Positions 36,881 through 45,647 of a stretch of DNA of 64,000 bases are shown here, one piece after another. A program made the position numbers and the translations under genes. The notes beneath the pieces are model-generated. The model worked only from the letters and a program-made list of their open reading frames with translations. It searched no databases and was not told the DNA's origin. Numbering within the stretch: the first letter of the stretch is position 1; each line of letters begins with the position of its first letter. The stretch covers positions 66,512-130,511 of the forward strand of contig JBFLWJ010000006.1 of NCBI GenBank assembly GCA_040757835.1, read 5' to 3'. Source of the DNA: Actinomycetota bacterium. GTDB lineage: Bacteria > Actinomycetota > Geothermincolia > Geothermincolales > RBG-13-55-18.

Positions 36881-36947
36881 CCGCAGGCAACAGGCTCCGG
36901 GTCGCAGCGTCTCGAGCGCAGGCGACTCGTGGCGGAGCGGGCGTGTC

Positions 36948-36981
36948 GAGATTGCTTCGTCACTTTGTTCCTCGCAATGAC
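36948..36981. repeat. GTCATTGCGAGG...GCAATCTC-type palindromic repeat (second REP-like family)
   Basis: GAGATTGCTTCGTCACTTTGTTCCTCGCAATGAC resembles a widespread intergenic repeat class; single copy in this window. Confidence 0.6.
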
Positions 36982-36988
36982 ACTATCT

Positions 36989-38578
36989 TCAAGCGTACAG
37001 GTCGTGGGCCTTGCCGGCCACTACGCGCACCAGGTCCTGTCCCCGCGACACCGGGAATATATCGTAGCCCGCTTGGCGGATGGACTCCGCCTTCTCCGTC
37101 CACGCCTGGTCGATGAGGAAGACCGAGCCGGAGTTCTCCGGGTGCATCAGCAGCGCCTCGCCCAGGTGATAGGAGGCCTCGGAGATATTGGTGATCTCGG
37201 TGTCGGATATGAGGCAGAAATGCTTGGGGCGGTGGGTCTCCAGGGACGCCAGGTGGCGGAACTCCTGCACCGGGAAGACGGTCCCTCCGCCGTAATAGGT
37301 GACCAGCCCCTCCTCCACCCGGCGCAGGTCCCATACCGGCTTGACCACCAGGGAGCGCTGCTGGTCGGAATAGACCACCAGGCCGACCTTTGCCCCGAGG
37401 TTGCCGGCGCTGCGCGCCATCACGAAGCCGGCTAGCACGGCGTTGGCCACCTCGGAGGTGGGGTTGGTCATGGATCCGGAGGCGTCCAGGATGATGATGA
37501 CGTCCGGGGGCGTTTTGCGCCGCGACACCACCTCCATCTGTACCTTCTCCCACTGCTTGGTGGTGAGGGTGGGCACCGCCTTGCCGCAGGTGTACAGGGT
37601 ATAGGGGAGGTCGAGGCGCTCGAAGGGGTCTGCCATCCCCCAGGCCAGGGGAGCGTGGGGGACTTCTTCCCCCGCCTCGCTGCGCACCGGCTGGAAGCGC
37701 ACCTCGTAGCGGCGGGAGAGGTCGCGGTAGTACCAGACCAGGGCCTGGGTCTCCGAACCGGCCCCTATCCCCCCCACCAGCTCCTTGAAGTCCTGCATGC
37801 CCATCTCCATGGCCATGGAGCGCAGCGCCTCCTCGGCGGAGCGCGCGCGCAGGTCGTCTATGCCGTGGTCCATGAGGCGGCTGTCGTCCATGTCCGCGGG
37901 GTCCTCGTAATAGCGGTGGAGGTAGCCCACGAGGAAGCGCACCTTCTCCTCCCACCCCGCCGCGGCGAAGGGCCGGTCCAGCACGCGCGCGGCCAGGCGG
38001 CGGGCGTCATCGCGCATCTCCTTGGGCACCCTGCCCACCAGGGTATCGGGGGCCTCCCACATCTCCTCGAAACAGCAGAGAAGGAACTTCCATATCTTGG
38101 TCTGCTTCTGCCCCTTTGACTTGTCCAGGGCATGGTAGAGGCCGATCATCTGTTCGCGCATGCCGCTGCGGGCAGCATAGGTGACGTTTACCATGTCGCA
38201 GAAGAGGCGCTGGATGGATATGGCCTCCTGGAAGGTGACCGTGCGCCCGCGGTCCTTCACCTCCTCCAGGGCCAGCTTAGCCGAGGCGGTGAGGCGCAGC
38301 GAGGTGCGCATGTCGAAGGGGGCCAGGGCGTAATGGAGCAGCTGGTAGACCACCACGGCTTCCATGTTGCGCATACCCAGCTTCTCCATGACCTCGGGGA
38401 CGTTGATGTACACGCGGTTCTCCGAGGGTTCCCAGATGCCGAACTCTTCGTTGAGCTTGGCGGCGAAGGCGTGCCCGGCGGGATCGATCACGAACTCGGG
38501 GTCCATGATGCGGGGGTAACTGCAGAAAGCCCGCGCCCGCCCCAGTATCTCGTCTAAGTCGACGCCCTGAATGCGCAA
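36989..38578 (-). CDS. vWA-domain protein with a degenerate N-terminal zincin-like domain
   Basis: MIDAS DASGS..GGT..ISD; N-terminal 'VYQLLHYALAP' in the HExxH position plus 'FCDMVN'; TTG start with RBS GGAGGT. Confidence 0.78.
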   Translation of the reverse strand: MRIQGVDLDEILGRARAFCSYPRIMDPEFVIDPAGHAFAAKLNEEFGIWEPSENRVYINVPEVMEKLGMRNMEAVVVYQLLHYALAPFDMRTSLRLTASAKLALEEVKDRGRTVTFQEAISIQRLFCDMVNVTYAARSGMREQMIGLYHALDKSKGQKQTKIWKFLLCCFEEMWEAPDTLVGRVPKEMRDDARRLAARVLDRPFAAAGWEEKVRFLVGYLHRYYEDPADMDDSRLMDHGIDDLRARSAEEALRSMAMEMGMQDFKELVGGIGAGSETQALVWYYRDLSRRYEVRFQPVRSEAGEEVPHAPLAWGMADPFERLDLPYTLYTCGKAVPTLTTKQWEKVQMEVVSRRKTPPDVIIILDASGSMTNPTSEVANAVLAGFVMARSAGNLGAKVGLVVYSDQQRSLVVKPVWDLRRVEEGLVTYYGGGTVFPVQEFRHLASLETHRPKHFCLISDTEITNISEASYHLGEALLMHPENSGSVFLIDQAWTEKAESIRQAGYDIFPVSRGQDLVRVVAGKAHDLYA

Positions 38579-38585
38579 ACCGGCC

Positions 38586-40070
38586 TCACCTCCGGGTCTC
38601 GCGCGCTATCTCCCGGTAGACCTGGCGCAACATGGTGGCGATGGGGTACTTCGCCGGAGAATCGTAGCTCTTGAGCGAGTCCAGGGCCTCGAGGACCAGG
38701 CCGGCATCGACGGACTGGTTCCTAACCGCCTGCTCGTACAGCTCGAGCACGCCGTCCAGGGTCTTGATCATGCGCCGGCTCTTGAGGTAATGGTTGCGCG
38801 AGGTGGCGAAGAGGTCCTGCACCAGGGCGATGCGGTCGTTCATGAACTCGGGCCGCTCCGACCAGGCACGGTCGGTGGGGATCAGCTTGAACCACAGCAC
38901 GTAGGGTACCACCGCTTCCACTTCCTCCAGGCCCGCCCGCTCGCGCCCGCGGAACCAGGCCAGCGCCTTGGCATAGCGCTCGATTGTCTTGCCCGCACGC
39001 ACGCTGACCTCGTTCTCTGTCTTGTAACAGATGTTCTCGGTATTGTGGTAATGGCAGCCGCCCAGGTGTCCGCCGCCGCCTGCTCCCCCGTCGTCCACCT
39101 GTGAGCAGAGTATGGGGGGCTTCACGAACCAGGCGAAGCCCTTGCTCTTCCGCTCGATGTCCGGGGAGGCCAGGGTACAGCCGTTGAGCTCGGAGATGAA
39201 ATTGTAGAGGATGTAGAGGGCGTCGGGCTCGATCTCTATCGCGGCAATCTCTTCCCTCATGGTCTCGATGTCGGCTGTGGATATCTCCACCCCTATCTCG
39301 TCACGGAGGTGGGACACGTACGACTCCTCGTTGCCGGTGAGCTTGCGGTCCTCCCCACCCTGCGCCATCTCCAGGAAATAGGGGTTGAGCGTGGGCGCGA
39401 AGACCCCCACGTCGATACGGTCGAGGAAGGGCGGCGTGAGATCGGACGACGCCACGTCGCGGAAGTTGGCGGTGAGGAAGGTCGCGCCCTCCGCAGCGTA
39501 GATCTTGGAGTCGCCGTAGACCGAGAAACCACGGTCCATCATCTCTAAGAGGTTGTTGGTGCGGCCGGGAGTGAGGCGGTTGACCTCGTCCACCATGCGG
39601 AAAGGGGAGAGCATGAACTTTCGCGGGATGATGTCTTCCTCGCCGTCGCGCATGAGCTTGCCCAGGTGCGGGCGGCCGATCATCTTCTCCTCGGTCAGTT
39701 CGTGGTGGCCGTGGATGGTCGCTTCGTGTATGGCCTCCATGACCTTGAAGTCGGCCTCGCCGTCCCCGAAGGCCTCCTTGAGCATGGTGCCGTGCACGAA
39801 GGCGCCCACGAACTCGGCCGAGGTGGTCTTGCCGGATCCGGGTGAGCCATAGAGGATCATGGTGCCGTTGCGCAGCACCGAGGTGAGCAGGGCCATGAGC
39901 AGGGGAGAGTTGTAACTCTCCTCGGCGATGACGATGCTCTCGGTCTCGTTCAGGTTGAGCGGCACTTCCTTCTGCTCGTGGAAACGCACATCGTGGTTGA
40001 GGTTGATATAAAGCCCGCTGTCCTCGATGGCCTTGTAGATACGTTGCAGCTTAAGGTTCAAATCGCTCAT
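38586..40070 (-). CDS. MoxR-like AAA+ ATPase
   Basis: Walker A GSPGSGKT, Walker B MVDEVNR, 'LTAN', 'FLDRI', 'SVRAGKT'. Confidence 0.85.
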   Translation of the reverse strand: MSDLNLKLQRIYKAIEDSGLYINLNHDVRFHEQKEVPLNLNETESIVIAEESYNSPLLMALLTSVLRNGTMILYGSPGSGKTTSAEFVGAFVHGTMLKEAFGDGEADFKVMEAIHEATIHGHHELTEEKMIGRPHLGKLMRDGEEDIIPRKFMLSPFRMVDEVNRLTPGRTNNLLEMMDRGFSVYGDSKIYAAEGATFLTANFRDVASSDLTPPFLDRIDVGVFAPTLNPYFLEMAQGGEDRKLTGNEESYVSHLRDEIGVEISTADIETMREEIAAIEIEPDALYILYNFISELNGCTLASPDIERKSKGFAWFVKPPILCSQVDDGGAGGGGHLGGCHYHNTENICYKTENEVSVRAGKTIERYAKALAWFRGRERAGLEEVEAVVPYVLWFKLIPTDRAWSERPEFMNDRIALVQDLFATSRNHYLKSRRMIKTLDGVLELYEQAVRNQSVDAGLVLEALDSLKSYDSPAKYPIATMLRQVYREIARETRR

Positions 40071-40290
40071 ATCCAGGCTCTCTCCTCTTCTTCTGCTCTA
40101 CCCCCGCCCGCCATGCTCTCCCGCCCGGCGGGGCCTCTGATATAATGATTCTACCTTATCTCGATGGCGGTAAGGATAATGTTCGTCAAAGTGGGGTCTC
40201 GGGTTTTCACTCTCGAATCTGAAGACGTGTAAGCCGCTACCGGCGGGTGGAGGCCCCGTCCTCGCGGGGGAGATGGCAAGGGAGGTAGCC

Positions 40291-40497
40291 GTGGAGACCG
40301 AGAAACTCGTAAAGATCGGCAAGCAGCTCGCGATCATGCACTTCTTCGAGGCCTTGCTCGCCAGGCGCGCGGCCAGGAAGCGTGGACTGAAGCCGAACAG
40401 GTATTTCTGCCTCACCCTGATGTTCGGGGTCTTCGTGCTGGTCCCGCTGCTGCGCAAGCCCAAGCTGGAGAAGAAGGCCGCCGCGGTAGACATCTAG
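40291..40497 (+). CDS. Small membrane protein (TMEM254/DUF4499-like)
   Basis: RBS GGAGGT + GTG; 'HFFEA...AARKRG...TLMFG..LVPLLRKPK'. Confidence 0.6.
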   Translation: METEKLVKIGKQLAIMHFFEALLARRAARKRGLKPNRYFCLTLMFGVFVLVPLLRKPKLEKKAAAVDI

Positions 40498-40499
40498 CG

Positions 40500-40736
40500 G
40501 TGGAGCCACGGGTGGATATGGAACCGGGCTGGCCGATAAGGGCCTTGAAGCTCTGGATCTTTGCCGCGGTGGTCGGCCATACCCTGCAGGCCCCCTTCGC
40601 CTACTTCGCCGCCAGGAAGAGGGGAGAGGACCCGTGGAGATGCGTCTACGACACCTTGGCCCTGGGGGCCATCGCCCTCATCCCCCTGCTGCGCAAACCC
40701 AAGCTGGCCGATGAGGCCGGACGAGTGAACGCCTGA
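40500..40736 (+). CDS. Small membrane protein, paralog of the preceding gene
   Basis: 'HTLQA...AARKRG...TLALG..LIPLLRKPK'; alternative start at 40518. Confidence 0.6.
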   Translation: MEPRVDMEPGWPIRALKLWIFAAVVGHTLQAPFAYFAARKRGEDPWRCVYDTLALGAIALIPLLRKPKLADEAGRVNA

Positions 40737-40820
40737 ACTTCTCCGGCATCTTTGGGATCGCTGGTCCGGTTCGGGTCAGCCCGCTTACTGAACAATCAGG
40801 GACAAATAATATGCAGGCTG

Positions 40821-40868
40821 TTGACTGGGAGCCATTGCCGTGCTATAAGTTAGTTAATATTCACTAAC
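40821..40868 (+). promoter_or_regulatory. Promoter and TetR operator
   Basis: TTGACT-17 bp-(TGc)TATAAG; near-perfect palindrome GTTAGTTAATATTCACTAAC at 40849-68. Confidence 0.75.
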
Positions 40869-40885
40869 CTAAATGCGAGGCGACG

Positions 40886-41518
40886 ATGGCCGGCAGGAAC
40901 GAGCGCATGAGCGGGGCGGAGCGCAAGCAGCAGATCATCCAGGCGGCTATCACCATAATGGCCGAGCACGGCCTTCCGGGCACCACCACGCGGCGCATCG
41001 CCGAGGAGGTTGGGGTATCCGAGCCCGCCCTGTACAAGTACTTCCCGGGGAAGAAGGAGCTGCTGCTGGAGGCCCTGGCCGAGGTGGGCAACCGCTTCTT
41101 CTCCACCCTCGCCACGGCCGCGAGCGTCGGCGATACCGTGCCCGAGCGCATCTACAACATGAGCGCCTCCTTCTACGAGTTCGTCATGGACCACCCCGAT
41201 GAGTCCATGCTCCTCTTCGAGACGGTCACCGGGGCGCGCGACCCGGAGATAAGGGCGGCGCTCAGCGACAAGATGCTGCAGTACACCAACGCCCTCGCCG
41301 GGATGTTCGAGGCCGGAAAGAGGCAGGGCTCGGTGAGAAAAGACCTTGATACCACGGTGGCGGCCTGGCAGATCCTCTCCCTGGGTATCACCCTGGTCTT
41401 CGCGGCCCTAACCGGGCTTGAGGACGTGCTCACCCGCGACAAGGCCCTGCTGGCGGTGACGGAGGTGTTGGAGAACATCGTGAGCAATGCTTCGGCAAGA
41501 AATACTCAGCAAGCGTGA
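40886..41518 (+). CDS. TetR/AcrR family regulator
   Basis: 'GTTTRRIAEEVGVSEPALYKYFPGKKELL'. Confidence 0.92.
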   Translation: MAGRNERMSGAERKQQIIQAAITIMAEHGLPGTTTRRIAEEVGVSEPALYKYFPGKKELLLEALAEVGNRFFSTLATAASVGDTVPERIYNMSASFYEFVMDHPDESMLLFETVTGARDPEIRAALSDKMLQYTNALAGMFEAGKRQGSVRKDLDTTVAAWQILSLGITLVFAALTGLEDVLTRDKALLAVTEVLENIVSNASARNTQQA

Positions 41519-41556
41519 AAAGGAACGCTACGCAGTAAGAGAAAGGAGAGGGAGAG

Positions 41557-43047
41557 ATGAAAGCACTGGTCTTGGGCGGAGGCATGGCCGGGCTGGCCAC
41601 GGCCATCAACCTGCTGGACCTGGGGATCGAGGTGGAGCTGGTAGAGGCCGACGAGATCTTCGGCGGGCGCGCCAGTTCCTGGCTGGACGAAGACGGGGAC
41701 ATGATCGACAACGCCCTGCACGTCTTCTTCCCCTATTACGCCAACCTGCTCAACTTCTTCAACAAGATGGGCATCGAGAAGAACATCCAGTGGAAACAGA
41801 CCGAGTTCTACTATATGCAGGAGGGCGGTAAGGAGGCGGTGCTGAAGTTCGCCAACCTGCCCGCGCCATTCCATGCCGCGGTGGCCTTCGCCAGCCTGCT
41901 CAAGTCCTACACCGCCGTGCCCAGGTGGAAGCTGCTCTTCACCGCCGCGGGCATGGGCGGGGCGGTCATGTACTCCAACCACAAGATCGACAAGCTGGAC
42001 GAGGTGACCTTCGGCCAGTGGCTGGTGCGGCGCGCGCCCAGGGACGCTTTCCTGCCCCTGGAGCCGGGCATCAACGGCCTCACCTTCACCCCCTCGTGGA
42101 TGATCTCCGCCAAGGTCATGCTCAACTGGTTCCGCAAGGTGGCGGCGGACCCGGACAGCGCCCGCGTGGGCTTCGCCAACGGCGGCCTGGGCGATATCTG
42201 GGTGGATACCTGCCTCGATTACATCCATTCCAAGGGCGGTAAGACGGAACTGAAGCAGGCGGTCACCGCCATCAACCTCCAGGACGGCAAGGTCAAAAGC
42301 GTCACCGTGGGCGGCAAGGAGAGGACCGCGGACATCTACGTCTCCGCCATCAGCCCCTACGCGCTGCGGCGGGTGCTCCCCAAGGAGGCCTTCTTCTACG
42401 AGTACTTCAGGGACCTGTGGCACTTCCAGTACGCACCCTCGCTGTCGCTGCAGGTATGGTTCGACCGCAAGCTCACCGACGTGGACGTGACCTTCTTCTC
42501 CAACAACTGCATCTTCAACACCTACGCCGACCTCTCCAACGTGCTCCCCCACATCTTCAAGGGGGGCTCCATGTTCGAGATGGTGCTCTCCCCGGCCGAC
42601 CACATCGAAGGACTGCCGGACGAGGTCATCTTCGACATCGCCATCAAGCAGATCAAGGCACTCTTCCCCACGGCGCGCGAGGCCGAGGTGCGCAAGTACA
42701 AGGTGGTCAGGGAGCGCCAGGGCGTCTACCGCGCCCTGCCGGGGATGGAAAAGCACCGCCCCTACCAGCGTTCGCCCCTGGACAACCTCTACCTCACCGG
42801 CGACTTCACCAAGACCCACGTCTCCTCGGGAGGCATGGAGGCGGCCATCTGGAACGCAAACCACGTGGCGGAGGTCATCGCCCTGGACAAGCTGGGGCGC
42901 ACCATCTCCCTCAACGTGGAGTTCAAGCCCAAGAAGGGGTTCACCCCCCTGCTCAAGCCGGCGACGCAGATCGGTATGGCCCTCGGCGGGCTGGCATTGG
43001 CCAGGGGAGCCTTGAAACTGCTCAAGGCATCGCGCAGCGAGGCTTGA
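41557..43047 (+). CDS. Flavin amine-oxidase-family oxidoreductase (carotenoid desaturase/HpnE-like)
   Basis: GGGMAGL, 'GGRASS', 'DNALHVFF', 'NLYLTGDFT', 'MEAAI'. Confidence 0.8.
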   Translation: MKALVLGGGMAGLATAINLLDLGIEVELVEADEIFGGRASSWLDEDGDMIDNALHVFFPYYANLLNFFNKMGIEKNIQWKQTEFYYMQEGGKEAVLKFANLPAPFHAAVAFASLLKSYTAVPRWKLLFTAAGMGGAVMYSNHKIDKLDEVTFGQWLVRRAPRDAFLPLEPGINGLTFTPSWMISAKVMLNWFRKVAADPDSARVGFANGGLGDIWVDTCLDYIHSKGGKTELKQAVTAINLQDGKVKSVTVGGKERTADIYVSAISPYALRRVLPKEAFFYEYFRDLWHFQYAPSLSLQVWFDRKLTDVDVTFFSNNCIFNTYADLSNVLPHIFKGGSMFEMVLSPADHIEGLPDEVIFDIAIKQIKALFPTAREAEVRKYKVVRERQGVYRALPGMEKHRPYQRSPLDNLYLTGDFTKTHVSSGGMEAAIWNANHVAEVIALDKLGRTISLNVEFKPKKGFTPLLKPATQIGMALGGLALARGALKLLKASRSEA

Positions 43048-43280
43048 TCTAAGATTCAGGGTTCAGGCCCTGTATGTTTTCACCCCCGGGTGTCAGCAGG
43101 GAACCGATCCGACCATCCCCCCGTAGGTCGGAACAGCAGGGGCGCGGCTGACCGCCGCGCCCCCTCCCTTGGGGCAGGTTTGGTTGAAGGATGGTGGGTT
43201 TCCGCCAGCCTTCAAGATCCTCAGGTCCTCCGAGTCCACGATCCTCTTCAGCGGTCCTTTCAGAATTGAAGGTTGAGATG

Positions 43281-43356
43281 TGGTCCCCCGGGCGGGATTT
43301 GAGCCCGCGACCTGCCCTTTGTGAGGGAGCTGCTCTGTCCGCTGAGCTACCGAGGG
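43281..43356 (-). tRNA. tRNA-Val(CAC), atypical
   Basis: 76-nt cloverleaf with encoded CCA; anticodon loop CU-CAC-AA; C54 in the T-loop, C31:A39 mismatch, C1:G72. Confidence 0.75.
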
Positions 43357-43634
43357 CCCACCATCCTTACTCCGACAATCTACAAACAAGATGATTTTAC
43401 CAATCCAAGGTGACAATCAGGCTTTCCTACTCAAGCGATGAGCATGACGTTTGTATGTGATAAAATAAAGGTACTTCGTGAGGGGGCTGCTCTCAGTGTA
43501 GAGCTGCCGGAGAGAGACGGGAAACCGCCTCTCTTTCTTTTTCCAACCCATCGATCAATATAATTAAGATGCGGTGTCTCGGGCAACAATAATCATGACA
43601 TCAAGATAACGCCCGTAAGGATTGCGAGGTAACC

Positions 43635-44009
43635 ATGCCGTTCAAGGATTTCAACGACAAGCACAGGGAGGTGCTGGACAGCATGCTCCTGGACATCCCG
43701 GGGGTGAAGGCAGGGAAGATGTTCGGCCTGCCCGGGTACTACGCGGACGGCAAGCTCTTCGCCTGCGTCTGGGAGGACGGCGTATCCATCAAACTGCCGG
43801 AAGATTTGCGCACAAAGATGCTGAAGCGCAAGGGAGTGGAGCCCTTCGTGCCCATGGAGGGGCGCCCCATGAAGGAGTGGGTGCTCATCAACCGCGAGAA
43901 CTCCCGGGACTACCTCAAGCTCGAGGACGTCTTCGTCTCGTCGGTGGAATACGTCCTCTCCCTGCCGAAGAAGAGCCCGCGCAAGAGGGGGTCAGCCCCT
44001 GACATATGA
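43635..44009 (+). CDS. TfoX/Sxy N-terminal-like small protein
   Basis: 'KMFGLPGYYADGKLFAC', 'GRPMKEWV'; stop codon lies inside the repeat arm. Confidence 0.75.
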   Translation: MPFKDFNDKHREVLDSMLLDIPGVKAGKMFGLPGYYADGKLFACVWEDGVSIKLPEDLRTKMLKRKGVEPFVPMEGRPMKEWVLINRENSRDYLKLEDVFVSSVEYVLSLPKKSPRKRGSAPDI

Positions 44010-44077
44010 CATTATTAATAGAGACCTTTATCTGGACCTGCGAGATCAAGAAATGTCATATGTCAGGGGCTGACCCC
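43988..44077. repeat. ~91-bp REP/REPIN-like element (40-bp spacer)
   Basis: ggggtcagcccctgacatatgacat ... atgtcatatgtcaggggctgacccc. Confidence 0.9.
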
Positions 44078-44078
44078 A

Positions 44079-44480
44079 TCACTTTACGTTGTAGATGTAG
44101 AAGGTGCCGAGGGCCTTGGCCACCATTTCACTCCCGTTCACGACCTCCGATTCCAGGATGGCGATGCGCGATCGCCTCTCCAGTACCTTCGTATCGCATA
44201 CGAGGTTTCCGCTCTTGACCGCCGACATGTACGCTATCTTGATCTCTACGGTGGTGCACAGCTCGTTTTCCTCGAGGACCGAATAGAGCGCCCCACCCAT
44301 GCCCGTGTCCGCCATGGCATAGACGGCGCCGCCGTGCAGGACGCCGTGCGGGTTGAGCAGCTCGTCCTTGACCTGCAGCTCGCAACGGCTCTTGCCTTCG
44401 CCGAAAGCCGTGAACTCCAGGCCGATGAGTTCGCCAAAGGGATTGAACCCCTTGGATGCGGTCGGGAACTCCTTTGGCAT
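44079..44480 (-). CDS. PaaI family hotdog thioesterase
   Basis: 'LNPHGVLHGGAVYAMADTG', 'TVEIKIAY'; start at the ATG at 44480. Confidence 0.9.
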   Translation of the reverse strand: MPKEFPTASKGFNPFGELIGLEFTAFGEGKSRCELQVKDELLNPHGVLHGGAVYAMADTGMGGALYSVLEENELCTTVEIKIAYMSAVKSGNLVCDTKVLERRSRIAILESEVVNGSEMVAKALGTFYIYNVK

Positions 44481-44668
44481 CTCAACCCTTTCCCGCGATG
44501 AGCTGCTACGAAACCGTCGTACCACGAGGAGCACCGACGTGGCAGGCCGCCGCCGTGCCCGACACCACCATGATAGCACCGGGGCGGTCAGTGTAAAGGA
44601 AGCCTGTCCGGGACGCATGGGGTATACTTCTTAAAGTCCTCTCGCGGAACGGGAAAGGAGTGGGTCTT

Positions 44669-45433
44669 ATGGCCGGTGATTTCCTGCGGGGAATAGAGCG
44701 GGCGCATGCCAGTATCGACGGGCTCGATTTCGAGTTGCCGGTGGTCATCAGGGAGGCGCGCATCTTTTCCAGCGTCTTCCCAGCCTCGGCGAAAAAACTC
44801 CGAGACCTCATCCAAGAGCGGGAGTTAGTCCCCGCGCAGCTGCTCCCGGGCATGGGGCTGGTCCAGCTCACCGCCTACGAATACACGGACACGGACATCG
44901 GCCCCTTCAACGAGTTCTCCGTGGTCGTCCCCCTTTACGCGCCGGGCTTCCCCAAACTGCCCTTCCTGAACCTGAACAGGGCCAGGGTCACCCGGGAGGT
45001 GCACAACTTCCTGCTCCATCGGGGGGCGACGTCGCAGACGGCGGTACGCATCCTCGGGGGTTATCACCGCTGGCCGGAGTTTTTCTCCTCCATAGACATC
45101 AGCGAGGACGCGGACTGGGTCACATGCGAGTGGAGGGAGGGGGACGACCTCATCTGCCGCATGCGCGGCCGCAAGCTCCAGGCGCGGCACATGGGCCGGG
45201 TCAAGGTATTCGTCTATACCTCCGCACACCCCCGTCCTCAGCTCGCCGACATCAACCCCGACCAGAGCACGACCACCCGCGGCCCCGCCAACGCCGAGCT
45301 GGTCCTGGGGACCTCCCACCCCATCGCGACGGAGCTTTCCCGGGTGCTGGCGTCCACCAGGCCGCGCATGTACACCTACGGGCCGCGCTGGCAGCTCATC
45401 GCCTACGGCCCGGAGCAGCCGCCCACATCCTGA
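44669..45433 (+). CDS. Acetoacetate decarboxylase-like family protein
   Basis: 'YEYTDTDIGPFNEFSVVVP' motif typical of the ADC-like fold. Confidence 0.7.
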   Translation: MAGDFLRGIERAHASIDGLDFELPVVIREARIFSSVFPASAKKLRDLIQERELVPAQLLPGMGLVQLTAYEYTDTDIGPFNEFSVVVPLYAPGFPKLPFLNLNRARVTREVHNFLLHRGATSQTAVRILGGYHRWPEFFSSIDISEDADWVTCEWREGDDLICRMRGRKLQARHMGRVKVFVYTSAHPRPQLADINPDQSTTTRGPANAELVLGTSHPIATELSRVLASTRPRMYTYGPRWQLIAYGPEQPPTS

Positions 45434-45647
45434 AAAAACACACCGCGCGCAAGTCGGTCGTGGTGGAGGAGACGAACAGCTCCTCGCCCCTTTACGACCA
45501 ACTTTCTCGGTCGCCAAACACCCGTTCCCCCCCGGCTGCCCTCAAGCTCGCCCGGTGAGCAGGCGAGACTAAAGAGAGACATGCCTTTATGAGGCGATGC
45601 GTCTAAACGGCTTCGGCCAATGATGAAAAGGACCGCGGTTTGTCGAG

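Noticed and set aside
40772-40783. cgggtcagcccg as another repeat arm
   Set aside because: Only the short core matches, with no TGACAT part or partner arm; may be chance.
43093-43416. 107-aa minus-strand ORF
   Set aside because: Overlaps the tRNA and the structured non-coding tract.
43260-43640. Integrative element at the tRNA
   Set aside because: No integrase and no duplicated tRNA 3' end in the window.
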